From Bispira polyomma (taxonomy: Eukaryota), in contig OZ287755.1 of assembly GCA_965649765.1 (NCBI GenBank), forward strand, positions 31,496,001-31,560,000: a DNA stretch of 64,000 nt. The letters run 5' to 3'. A program made the translations under genes and the position numbers. The notes beneath the pieces were generated by a model, which saw only the letters and a list, made by a program, of their open reading frames with translations, did no database searches and had not been told where the DNA came from. Shown piece after piece: positions 47,784-60,810 of this stretch. The first letter of the stretch is position 1. Each line of letters starts with the position of its first letter.

Positions 47784-48624
47784 TGTGGTGTGTTAAAGCA
47801 GAACCGGTCTAGTTTGTACTGATGATTCTTATACTCTCCTAGAATGATCTATTTATAGAATTAGGGAAACCCCTAAGCTTCTAGAAGCTGGTTCTATTTT
47901 GTTTCTGTTGTTATTGAAGTTGTGTTAATATGTTTATATCTCATTCTGGAATGTTCTAGCAATTGTTTACATATTCTAGAACCTTCTCTAGCAGTTGTAT
48001 ATGTAAGGGTTGACAGCCTGGCCACAGACTAGAGTTTATTGAGTAGGTGTGCTATACGAACTGCTATACTGTGAAACATTTCATTTGTTTTCCTGTGGAT
48101 ATAAACCGATATAAATATGTTGAAACATTTTATTTGTTTTCCTGTGGATATAAATATACGTTTTGTGGTGAACTCATTGGAGTGAACTGGATATAAAGTT
48201 GTGGATCTACCAGAGATTGGATTTGCTGCATATCGGATATTTTGGCATCCTGGACTAGATAGCTCAGTTGTGCAGACTCTCTGGATATGTACATTTTGTG
48301 ATCGTGGACACTGGACTGATATCAGGCTACAGGCATTGTGTGTTAGTGGACACCGAACGGATCTCAAGACGGATTGCTGGATACAGTGGACAAACTTGTT
48401 TAATTGTTGTTTACGTGGACAGAACTGTGGTCAGGTCAGATTGGTTTTATTGTTGAATTATTGTATTATTATATAAATTATTAAAAGTATCTTAGTTGAC
48501 TGTAATTGTGTAATTGTTATTTTATTTGTTAAATAAATTTGTTAAGTGAAACTTTTTGTCTTTTCCTGTTACAACCTAAAAGCAACCGGTAATTGCTACC
48601 GCGCTTGCTCCCGTGACTGTAACA
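47784..48624 (+). mobile_element. Probable solo LTR
   Basis: TG...CA ends, heat-shock elements, TATA-like sequence near 47998, AATAAA near 48532; no TSD found. Confidence 0.4.
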
Positions 48625-51600
48625 GTAATACATCTGCATATTCTAGACTTAGTGCAGTATCTTCTTTTATTGTGGGACTACATTTTTTACTGTTCTCTTG
48701 ATTGCAAAGGTATAATCAACCATCACCAGTAGCTGTCATTGCCATAACTCATAACTGAACACACAGGTATTTCAAGATCTCTGAGGTTCTTTGGTTTGTC
48801 TCTGGGGATCATTTCCAATTACAGAGGACAGTCATTTTAAATGGTCATGTGAGCCACTATGTAAAAGCTGTACCTGGGAGCCCCACGATGGCATCAAAGA
48901 GATCCTCCTGAATTCCAACATGTGTTTTACCTACTATGTCACAGGGGCAGGTCATATGTTTAGCCTACTGAAAGTTAACTTCATACAAGAAGTAGAAATA
49001 TAGACTAAATTTGACATGTTGTATTGTATTTGCATTTTGAAACACCCTAATGATGCAAGGTATTTTCCAAAGATCAGAATCAATTAACCAATCGAGAAGT
49101 ACCAAAAACATCTGCAGGTCATGAGAAGGATTTGAGGGTGTACTGTGACGGAAATAAGCCTGTTTTATCCTAAACCCAGACAGTGTTTCTAGTGATCTCC
49201 AAGTTTAAGCTTAGACTATTCCATAACAAAGGGGCAGCGATTGATAAAAGCACTAGATCCAGTTCTCTTGGTGGGCTCAACAGAAGAAACAGCAATACAT
49301 AAAAGTTCTCCCTGGAGCAAAGAACTGTAATGTTATTGTTCATTCACAAAAATAGTGAATTGACAAAAAATGCCAAACCTTAAGACCCATACTCATCTTA
49401 ATTTGAAATGGTAAGTTCCAAAACAAAAAAGGCAAAAAACATTTTTGGGATAGGGGGTACTCTATAGTATAATGTTGGCAGGTCATGTGAGGTGATCCTA
49501 GGATTATAATGAACTTAAATTGAGTAAGTAATTGGAAGTAAAAGGTTGGAGTAAAGTTTACTTGTATCAAGATCATCTTTTGAATTTGAGGTAATCGTAC
49601 ACACAAAGTGCCAACGAAAAACTTGAATAGTTGCTAATATACTATTATAATGTACATTAGAATTTAAGTTTTTAATAGAATAGTAAACTTCGTTTGTCCA
49701 TTTATGGCCTACATGGTGTTTTTTCTATTCATCCAATGTATTTTTTGTTGCCTTTCATTAGGTGTAAAAGAAAAAGTCATATAAAGCATAATTAAAGAAG
49801 AAAAGTGTTGACATCATATCTGTTACTATGGCAAGCCAGATAGAAAGACACAAAGACTACTTATTTACCAGGAGATCCTGATGACATTTCACAGAACATC
49901 AAGTTGATATGAGAGAGGGGGTAGCCTTTGATATACAGTTAATTAGCTTTTATATTGGGTATGAGGAAGATTAGTCTCTAACTTATGTCATGGTTTGGTG
50001 GTCACCTTTGTTCTATTACTTACAATAGAAATACTTCCATTGAAATAACTGTTGTCATTGTATTTCTGGTCTAGTTAATTTTTACAAACGTATTCACAAT
50101 TGGTGACAAAGGTTCTACGTCTTGAATCTTATGTGTAATTTATAAATAAATAACACATAATTAATTAAGGTATGTAAAGACTTACCAAACAAAACCCCTT
50201 ACCAATAGAAGGTATCATTGTTAATAGCATAAGTATATCAATTTTCAAGGCCATGAGCAAACTAATTTAGTTACATATTTTAGAGACTAAACTTTATTGA
50301 TCTTTTTGTATAGTCAGAGTAACCTGTTTTTATTATTACCACGTGAGAAGTTAGGGTTAATTAACACAGAGTTGCAAAAGTAGTATCTCCAATCTAATCG
50401 TTGTTTGTCCCTGTTAAGTTTGAACAATTCCTATTATTATTAGATATGCGGGCGTTTACTAGCAGGTTAACAACAATTTATATGTATTCTAAAATGCTGC
50501 AAATCCAAGTTTGCCGGGCATTAATAAAAAGGCTGAACCATTAACAGCTCACCTCTGACGTCATATTGTATGTACGTCATCGCTGTATGTTGAAATGTAA
50601 CTGGCATATTAATAGGTTTATATAAAAGGAAAACTACCCGAGTGGTGTATATTGAAAAATCATATTACAAAAGAACATAAACAGTACAATACAAGCCTGG
50701 TAGTCATTATATTAGTTTGTATAGTTCAAAGTATAACAAAAACAGTCGGAAAAGGGTCTAAAATATTGAAAATTCACTGCAAAATAAACAAATAGTTCTG
50801 AATTGTTACCTTTAAGAATTAGCTTCAAATTCAAACTTCTGCTACTCTGAAAATCGGGTATTGTATAAAATAGCATTGAATAATGATTATTTTTTATATA
50901 TTTCGAAAGTTTTAAACAATTTATGGATTAATTTGTTTACTATGACCAAATAAAAACAATCCCAAAACTGTATATATTCTTAATTTACGTTTCAGAACCT
51001 TGCATTATGACGTCACAAAGCAAATCTCAATGCAAAGACGCACAGAGTTGGTACCTTATAGAATGAACTTCAAACTCATATTTATGAAGTACTAAAAATC
51101 GAGTTTAATATACCATTATGTTGTTTAAGGTCCATATTTTATGTTAGTCACCCCTTTTTTAAACTTGATACCTTAAATATATTTTTAAACTGAGACTAAA
51201 ACCTTGGGAATCTAGTAAATACTGAAATTTTTACATCCTTTTTCGTGGCACATATCAGCCAATAAAACGTCATATTTACGTCACAGTGGATAATATTTTG
51301 TAAGTGTAACACATTTGTGTGTTTATGTACTATAAACTCAATATTATCGTTTGTAATACCCTTATAATTAATGTGGATCCTGAGCAATGTTATGACAGTT
51401 AATAATTAGTTCAAAGATATGGACATATCATATGAGATGACTTGTTTAGTTTGTTAAGATTTGTTATAATTTCTATATATATCCTGTGATTATCCTCTTT
51501 GTAGCAAAATATGTTAACTTTATTTCCTATTTTAACCCTTTTTTGTGAATTGGTACAGTGAAATGGGACAAGGGGGGCATAAAACAACTTGTCTGGGTGT

Positions 51601-51871
51601 TGAACCTAAATTACAAGTCTGTGACTATGTCCAATGCTGTGTAAATGTTGCTGCAAACCCTGAGATGATGTAAATCTTTTAATGTTTGGTACCCTGGATA
51701 TTTGTCTTTTGTGTGAGTGATATGTTAACTTAGAAACAGTAAGCACATTCTACAGATCCCGCAATACACCAATCTATTATTTAAAGGTAAACCTTTGCTG
51801 CAAACATGCACATCACATTTTGATTTTTAGTACTTTTCTGAGATTTGGTTCCATGTATCCTGCGTTCCTAA

Positions 51872-52463
51872 TGACCTGGTCACACCTACACGTGTTAACA
51901 CCCCCAACATAGCAAGGCAATATAAACTGAAATCGTGGTAGTTTCGTGTCAAAGTGATGTCATTTCCATAAAGGGGTAGTCGATTGTGACGTTTCATGCA
52001 GTTTTGTGATGATGTAAATACTTATACATACGGAGCGGGGGCAAAAAAACGGGCCCTTTACTGGTAGGATATCACTACCTACTACTATGTAAAGCTACTG
52101 TACTGCTACTTACTGGTGCGTTCTAGTTCGTTCTGCTATCCTAGTAAAACAAATACGACGAGTGGAGACAATATCACTAATTACTGGGACTTCCTTGCTG
52201 CCTACTACTATGTAGAGCTACTTACTGGACCGTCTATGCTACTTTCGGAAACGTTGGGGGACGAACAATGAAACGGGAAGAAACAGGAACAATCGTCGCA
52301 GCAGATGAAATGGAGACGTTTCCGGAATGATCCCATCTGTTAATCAACATCATGGAACAAACGCACCAGGGATCCTCACTTCCTACTATGTTTCAAAACG
52401 TTTCCAAAATTGACACAACGTGACACAAACGTAGCTCTAAAACGTGTAGGTGTGACCAGGACA
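51872..52463. mobile_element. PIF/Harbinger-type MITE, inverted relative to the 10540 copy
   Basis: TIRs tgacctggtcacacctacacg / cgtgtaggtgtgaccaggaca with TAA flanks; internal acgcaccagggatcctcac is the reverse complement of sequence near 10636. Confidence 0.85.
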
Positions 52464-52562
52464 TAAGCAACTGTGTTTCCTGCAAGGCCACAGTAGTAGA
52501 TACAAAACACACATACTATTATTATTATTTTATGAATTATTATTATTTTATTATGAATTGAG

Positions 52563-52780
52563 CTTTATTGATGCTAGGCATCTTTTGAAGCGTAACAGCA
52601 GAATCAATGGTCCAATCATTAAGTCCATGGACATTGCAAAGTCGTAAGGAAGGAAGTGGGAGCGTGCACGAAGTAAGCTAAGATGGGTAGGCAAGGTTTA
52701 AAAGAGAGGTTTTAAGCTTTTTCCTAAAACTGATAAGTGTGTCAACTGATCTGAGGTCGACTGGGAGACTGTTCCATAAC
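52563..52780 (-). mobile_element. L2-type LINE 3' end (5'-truncated)
   Basis: LWNSLPVDLRSVDTLISFRKKLKTSLLNLAYPS* followed by the shared tail and an (att)n-like end. Confidence 0.8.
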
Positions 52781-55700
52781 ATACTAAGCACTATACTAAG
52801 CGGCACAAGCCTGTAAAATTTCAACATAATATAATAATATGTGTATTCCATAGATCCAGGTAACATTTTTAGTTTACACCATTTTTAGTTAATTATTGAT
52901 CACTGCAGGTTTAAAATAATAATAATATTATTCACCACCAAAATTCTCAAAGAGTGCCATGTGGTGGACATCCTAATTTGAGTCCATCAAGTGGTTACAA
53001 CTTTTCTTAAAAATAATAAACATAAAATGTTGATATTAATATGACACTGGGACAGGCATATTCAAATTATGGAAGTGAATCACAAATATATGTCTAATCT
53101 AAAGTACAAAATTGTATCAGCTTGTATCTATCTCAATGTTTTCTTTGGTTTAAAAACCCTGTTGTATCGTAAATAAATTTGATTAAACTACAAGAAATTG
53201 AAGTGTGACATTTTTATATATATGTCTAACCTAATGTACGAAGTAGCTTGTATTTATCTCAATGTTTTCTTTGGTTTAAAAACCCCTTTGTATCCTTAAA
53301 TAAATTTGATTAAACTACAAGAAATTGAAGTGTGGCATTCTTCATTATAGACATCATAATTTTTTTTAAATTTATAAAGTATTTCTACTATTCTCAAAAT
53401 CATGACATTGTCTATATAAATATGCATATAATCAGATTTCTCAACAAAAAAAGAAAAGAAAAAAGAATTACATGAAAATACTAGAAACACCAACTTAATT
53501 GTCATTTAAACAATGGAAACTTCTAGTTTTATAATAGTTTTCCGTTATTTACTGTCCATAAAAACGCCTTGGAAAGCTTGGGAGTGTGTAAACCATTCTT
53601 TATTGCGACTTAACAACACATTGACTACTAAATTAACATTTACTGGAGAGCTGACCTACTTCAAGTTCCATTTGTCACCACTGCTAACAAAATTAGATCA
53701 ATTTAAGACTGAATCATAATATTGGCTATTGCAGATATAATCAGCCAGTTCAATCATTTTATAATGTGCTATTAATATAAGTTATTGTCATAAATATTAT
53801 ATTACGCCAGATTTGAGTTTTTCAAGTTATTGGCAATAATACCACCAAGCTCATGGTAAAATGTAATGGGTGTGCCTCTGTAGAATGAAATACATTTTGT
53901 CATTTAAAGCGGTAACTATTTTAAGTAGTCAGAAAAAATAAGTCTTAAAAAATGGGTAAAAGTATGCAATTTCCTTTTTATTTGTGCTTTGGGAATTAAA
54001 ATTTCTAATGCCTCTAGTTCCGTTCTATTTTTGAAAACGAATTACAGTTTTTTTTGGGCGAGATAGTGTCATGAATTCTGTTTCACACACACCTACACAA
54101 TAAAGAAGTGTAAACTTCCTATTTTATCAAAGTCTCACATTTTTGTAAAAACAAAATGGTATGTTTAAACCCTTTATATATTGGTTGAACTTTCACCAAA
54201 GGCGATTATTACCCACACAATTGTTGTTAAAAATATGGTGACAAGAACTCAATAAGGCTCTGCACAAATCTCCTGAATCAATCATATCCTCTTCCCCTTA
54301 TCCAAAAATTTATTTTTTTTACTGAAACAAATTAGAAACATTTTTCCTTCACTATATCTGGGGGTTGCAGTGGCCTAGTTGTTAGAGGAATTCATTTTAT
54401 AATCACTGGTTTACAGTGCTTCACCACGGATTTCCCCCACCAATAAACCAGGGCCTCATGATATGACCTATGCTGTTAAAAGCCGCATAAAACCTAACTA
54501 AATTCAAATTCTGAAGAACAGGTTCATTAAAGACGCACTTGCCAAATCATGCATGTTGGATTTTGACCATCTAACATTGGTTAAAGAGTTTATTAATATA
54601 CTGCTTACATCAATAACCAAACTGATAAATTTATCATTAGCAAAATGTTTTATTCAAAGTCCTTTGTCACTCCTTTTATTAAGTAGGCTTTACCAGCTAA
54701 TACAGAAGTAAATATTGGCCATGTAAATGAAATTGTTGTTTTTGAGATATATATATCCTTATTGAAAAAGGGTAAAATAAAATCTTCTGGATCGTCACCA
54801 GACAAAAGAGATTGGAACATCACTTTGTAATCTGTTTAAATCAGACTTTAGTGTTTTCTAAGGCTCCTTAGTCCAATTAAATTAGACATATATATTATTA
54901 TTACCAAAGATTTTTTCAAGTATTCTAAGGCACTGAAGGGAAAAAATATACTTTTTAGTCATAAAAATAAATGAAGTAGCCTTTGCATGGTAAAGATACT
55001 TAGTTGTTCACCCTTCGGTACAAAAGGTTCAAACGAATACTATCTGACAAACTTAAATTAATCTCTGAGAAGCCAGGGTTTATTTTATCTGGTTCTAAGT
55101 GTCAGCATGAAAAACTTTCTATGACATGAATTAGAATTACTAAGATACACATAAAAACTGTATGACTAGTTCAATCCATTTCTTAATTACTTCTGCTATA
55201 CAAGGTACAGGTAACTAACCACTCTCAACATTAATTCTAACTGTCCATATCTTTGGAAATTTTAAACTCTATTATATGTCTTGTTTTCATAAATACGTTC
55301 AACCCAATAACTTTTGAACCCCAAATCCAAAAAATCATTGGTTCTTTTTTTTCAGAAAGGTGAAGCAGAAATGGTGCCACAAGACACCATCCTGTAATGT
55401 CACCATAAAAGCTTGATTGACTAAATTACTTGAGTCTATTTGAGTAACAGAGGTTACCGTAAATAGTTGTACTAAAACAAACCGTGATGTATTGCCCACC
55501 AAGTAATACACCAACACCATAATCCAATCTGACCTTCATACTTGTGTTTCTGTACACATCTCTGCATGACACCGTTCACACTTCTAAACTTAGGTTTCTT
55601 AAAAAAAATATAGTGCTTGAAAGTTTTGTGTGATATATAATATTAGTTTTACTGTTGGAGTTGAAAAGAGTTTTAATTCTATATTTGAGGCTTTTCTGTG

Positions 55701-56364
55701 CCTAGTTACACAGACTACACAGTTAGGTTAAAACAGCTTTTGTCTTAAGTTTATATTAAAGGCTTTTCTAGTTGTCAATCTTCAGTCTAAATTTGAGGCT
55801 TTTGTAAGCCTAGCTATACAACAAATACCTATCTAGCCCATAAACAATAAATATTTCATGGCATTAACAATAAACTACCACAGTCCTCATATACAATGCT
55901 GGCTTGCGTTTCAGAGGTGTGAGAGATTTTAACAAACTTGAACATGACGAGGGAGAAAGAGTAGAAAATGTGGTGTTTCTAAATGGGTTATTTTGAAAAC
56001 AATCAAGGGTAAAAATTAGGAAGCAATAAACAGCCTATATTATCAAAAATTGGCTTCAATGACAACAGATCATCGGAGAGAACCTCCACTTAATATATTC
56101 TCATTAGCAGTGTAAATGGTAGGTCCTCAAATTTCAAGGTGAAGTAGATGTATAGACCCTATTTTTGGTAAATGGGTATATGTCAACGAACAAGTTGCAA
56201 GTGACCTCATTTTTACAGAATGCTGAACGAGAACTAAAGGGTATCAATGACTGAAGGGAACTCATCTACTGCCCTAAATACTGTTACAGAAAATAATCAA
56301 CTGGAATTCGGTAAATAAACAAATATAATGGTTGACTACCATTTGTGCAGTCTCTACAACAGCC

Positions 56365-56712
56365 GGGGCCGCGGTGGCCTAGTGGTTAGCAAGCATTGCA
56401 CTTCACAATCACTGGTCTCTCACCCCTGGACGGCGTGAGTTCGAATCCCGTCTATGTTAACATTCGCTGATGCCTTCTGTGGAAATATCACAATCACTGG
56501 TCTCTCATCTCTGGGATCGGCTGGCATGGGTTCGACTCCCATCGATGCCTATGTGGGAAAGGTAGTTCCTTAACGTTGGCCGCTGGTTTCAGTGCAGAAC
56601 CTTGATCAACTGTATGCAGTGTTTCCTCCAGCGTTTCCAACTACCAGTCCCAATATAACCTACTAAAAGGTACTAGAGTGGACGTTAAATATCCAAATTA
56701 AAAAAAAAAAAA
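56365..56712 (+). mobile_element. Chimeric family-A SINE with two tRNA-like heads
   Basis: TSD tctacaacagcc at 56353-56364 and 56713-56724; poly-A tail; cacaatcactggtctctca occurs twice. Confidence 0.9.
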
Positions 56713-57282
56713 TCTACAACAGCCAGTGCAAAAGTCGCAAATGCATGTATCTGTCTGATACAGCACTAGTCATAAACTGGTACAACTCCTTTATAACAAT
56801 AGAAAAAAAAAACCGGTATCCCCAAAGCTACAATTATATGTACTGCCAAATGCCTATGATAATGAAAAACTTATAGCACCTATATCTTTGAGTGAGTGAT
56901 TGTCTAATTTGATTACTTCACAAGTGATAACAATATTTAGTAAACACAGTAAGTAGTTTAATAGTTCTGTACATTAACAGACAGGTAAGACTATGTAATA
57001 CTGCTGTGTTATACCATTCGGTTCATGACCTTATCTTGGTTACTGTCCCCTTTTAAGACACTCTGGGTACAGAACTCCTCCTATATACACCTTTAATGTG
57101 CCAGGGATAAACTGTGTTGGCATGTGACATTTTGTCTGGGTTTTTATTCATTGAATAGAAATTAATGCACACCAAAGTACTAAAAGGGGAATTTGTAACA
57201 CTATTTGAAAGTTGGAACAATAAACAGATATAACAGACTCACCTCTACAAACTGTAGTCACACTGTGTTTGACCTTGTATAT

Positions 57283-57597
57283 TATTATTATACAACATTT
57301 ATATAGCGCTTTATATATATTACTCTAAAGCGCTTCTTTATGGGCAGCCACTATGGGCACTGAGGTGCTTAAGGATGACCATTTATCAATGTCCCCAAGG
57401 ATCTTTATTCTGCCACTGGAGATACTACTCAGTAACAGATGACCGCCATTTTAAGTGGTCATCCGAGCCACTAGGCAAACTTGTGTTCACATCTTGCTTA
57501 ATGATGTTATCCCACCAAATGAAACTAGCAGCCGGGCATAAAACCGGAGACCTTCTAATCATCAGACCAACACATTAACCACTAGACCACAGGGCAT
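57283..57597 (-). mobile_element. tRNA-derived SINE (family C) with an L2-like tail
   Basis: Head ctgtggtctagtggtt; tail aagcgctttagag...aaagcgctatataaatg; related fragment near 48780-48900. Confidence 0.7.
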
Positions 57598-57769
57598 CAC
57601 ATATATAGATATTCAATCTTCTTCACGTACTTGTGCTGCTGTACCTTTAATAGTCAATTCTATGTCCAGTGCAATGTGAGAGAAGTAAAATAATTGAAAT
57701 ACAACATTGGGTTTATTTACCTGTTACCTAAATGCCCCAAACCGTAATACATACTACCAAGTCACATTA

Positions 57770-60700
57770 TGGTAACCTTAGATTCAGGTCACCCACAGTG
57801 ACCACAGTAAAATATGAAATTTTTAGTTGATGCTAGACCATAATAGAATTAAGTTACTAAAATTTAAATAGACAATCAATTAGACCATTATTGAATTAAG
57901 TTACTGAAATTTAAATAGACATTGATATGTAAAACCACCTGGTAAATATAAAAAGGTATATATGATAAGTAAAGTGTTACAAAATGCAGGAATAAAAACT
58001 ACAATTGGCTGTTTTTTGCTTAAGTAATGGTGTCCAGAAGAAGCCTGGGATACTATTCCAGATCCAAGGGACAGTCATTGAGGAAGTAGTGGATCCAGCC
58101 CTCTTGCTGCATTTAACAGAGGAAACTTAAATATATGGATGTTCTCCATGGTGCAAAGAACTGCAATGTTATTGTACACTCAATGGTGATTAAGCTAAAA
58201 CTCAAGGCCTGTACCGTCATCTAAATTGAAAGAGTGAGATTCAAAACCAAGAAGACAATGAAATACATTTTTTTTGGAAAAGTTGTACTGTATAGTATCA
58301 TGTTGGCACGCCATGTAACGTGTTCCAAGAATTGCAATTGGTCTCAAATTTAGTTTAAAGATTGAAAATAACAGGTAAGAGTAAAGCCGTGCCAACCAGT
58401 AAAATTAAATTGTTGGTAATGTATTATGAAACACATTAGAACTGAGTTTTCTAACACATTAGTAAACTTCTTTGTTCCCTTTATAGTATATATTTATATA
58501 TATATTTGGTGTTTTTATATTAAATACAATGTATTTTTTGTTTCCTTTCATTAGGTTGTGAAAGAATATGTCATATAAAGGTGTTAAAAAAGTCTTACTG
58601 TAGCACACCAGATAGAAACACACAAAAACTACTTAGTTGCCAGGATATCCTGATGACATTTTACAGAAAATAAAGTTGATATGAGAGAGGAGTTAGCCTT
58701 TGATATACAAATAATTAGTTTTTATAGCTACCCAGGGATCTAGGTAAAAAACCTACGTCGTGGCTACATTGTGAAGTATGTTCTATCACTCACAATATTA
58801 GACTGTTGCCATTGTTTTACTAGTCTAGTTTTTACAAACTAATTTGTAACTGGTGACAAAACTTACATGTGTTAATTCATATATGTAATTTGAAAATAAA
58901 TACCAAATAATTAATTAAGATAGGTAAAATAATCTAAGTAAATCCAATTATCATAGACTTGAATCTTAAATCTTGATTAAAATAATTTAGTAACACTTCC
59001 TAGTGATTGGATTTATTGCTTTTGTTCTATAGGTAGAAGAGACTGTTTCTATTAATACACAAAGTAATAGTTAATAAGCACATGACAGGGTTGCAAAAGT
59101 AGTTAAGAGGGTCATTGAGAGACAATAGCTTTGAAGGTTGTGGTAAGGATTTTAAACAGAATTTAACAATGAATAGGAAGTCAATGAAATTTTGTCAGGT
59201 ATGGAGAGATATCAGTGCTCAGAAAAAAAGCTAGTAGTTTTGTATATTTAGTCAAAACTATTTTTCATATGTCTATAACACTTTCAATATTTCTTACATT
59301 ACCATTTTTCATGTACCAAACCATGTTATATTTCCATGTGAATAAAACTTTAGTATTTAGGTTATCATTTTACGATAAGATTACCGATTGTCTTACAAAT
59401 AAACAATATTTGTATCCAAATTTATAATTAACACACTTAACTTTGTCTGGTATTCAAAGCACTGGAGACAGAGGTTTGTCGATGGCACTATTTGTTAGCA
59501 TATTAAAGGCTCTTAAGCTGGTCACTGAGATAAGACCAAGTGAGACGGCCATAAATTTAAAGTGGACGTTTGAGCCATGCATCTACCTGTACCAAGAAGC
59601 ACCCTAAACAAACACATGTCCTGAGCGGTACAATCCTATTAAATATCAACATACAATAATAATATGTGTATTCCATAGATCCAGGTAAAACTTAAAAGTT
59701 TACATAAAAAGTTATTTATTGATCGCTGTAGGTATATACATAACATCATTCTAAACCAAAACCCTTAAAGTACCATTTGTAAGACATCTTAATTTTGAGT
59801 TTCTCAAGTAGTTACAACTTTCCTTAAAACTAATAAAAATAAAAGACTGATATTAGTGGGACACCTGGACAGGCATACTCAAATTATCGATGTGAATTTT
59901 ATATATATGTCTAACCTAATGTACAAAATAGTATCAGCTTTTACATATCTCAATGTTTTTTTTTGGTTTAAAAACCTCTTTGTATCCTTAAATACATTTG
60001 ATTAAACTACAAGGCATTTAAGTGGGACATTTTGGGTATAGGCAATATAGGCATGGTTATTTATTTATAAATACTACTAACACCGACCTTAGTTGTCATT
60101 TACACAATGGAGACTTGTAGTTTTGTAACAGTTTTCCATTAGGTACTGTCTATAAAAATAACGTCTAGGTGAAAGCTTTGGAGTGTAAAACCAATCTTTA
60201 TTGGGACTTCTCAATAAATTGACTACTAAATTAACATTCACTTGAGAGCTTGGCTGATCTACTTCAAGTTCCATTCGTCACCACAACTAACCAATTGTAA
60301 TTTAAAAGAAAATGAATCTAAGTCTAAAAAATAATGATGGCTATGGCAGATATAATTGGCCAGTTTAATAATTTTATAATGTGCTATAAAACTAAGTTAC
60401 TGTCATAAATATTGTAATATGCCAGATTTGAGTTTTTTCATGTGGACACATTTGTTTGCTGTAGGTCAGTGGTTTACAATGCTCTAACATAAACTGTTAC
60501 AAGCTACGTAAAAATCCAATAAATTCTAAAGCTGTTTTTCAACTGACCATACGTTCCTGGAATGTCCATAGATATCATGGATAGTCCATAAACATCTTTC
60601 ACAAAGTTCGATTTTTACCCCCAAAATTATTGATAAAAATAAAGCTGGCACAATAACTCAATAAAGCTCTACACAGGACCTCTTAAATCAATCTTATCCT

Positions 60701-60810
60701 TCCGCCCTTCTGAGAAGAGTTAAGCCGTAAAAATAGATAAATCTTTTTCTTTCATTATCTGAGGTGTCACAGTGGCCTAGTTAGTAGAGGCATATTTTAA
60801 AATGACTGTG
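57770..60810 (+). repeat. Dispersed old duplication, copy B
   Basis: See copy A; lacks the MITE and L2 insertions present in copy A. Confidence 0.8.

Larger units (their letters stand above)
49200..54410 (+). repeat. Dispersed old duplication, copy A (approximate; further matching blocks near 46630 and 47450)
   Basis: Collinear blocks match 58050-59100 and 59650-60810, e.g. aatatgtgtattccatagatccaggtaa near 52835 and 59660. Confidence 0.8.

Noticed and set aside
49340-49606. Paralogous small genes (with 58195-58395)
   Set aside because: Similarity comes from the local duplication; frames are not conserved; probably ancient LINE debris.
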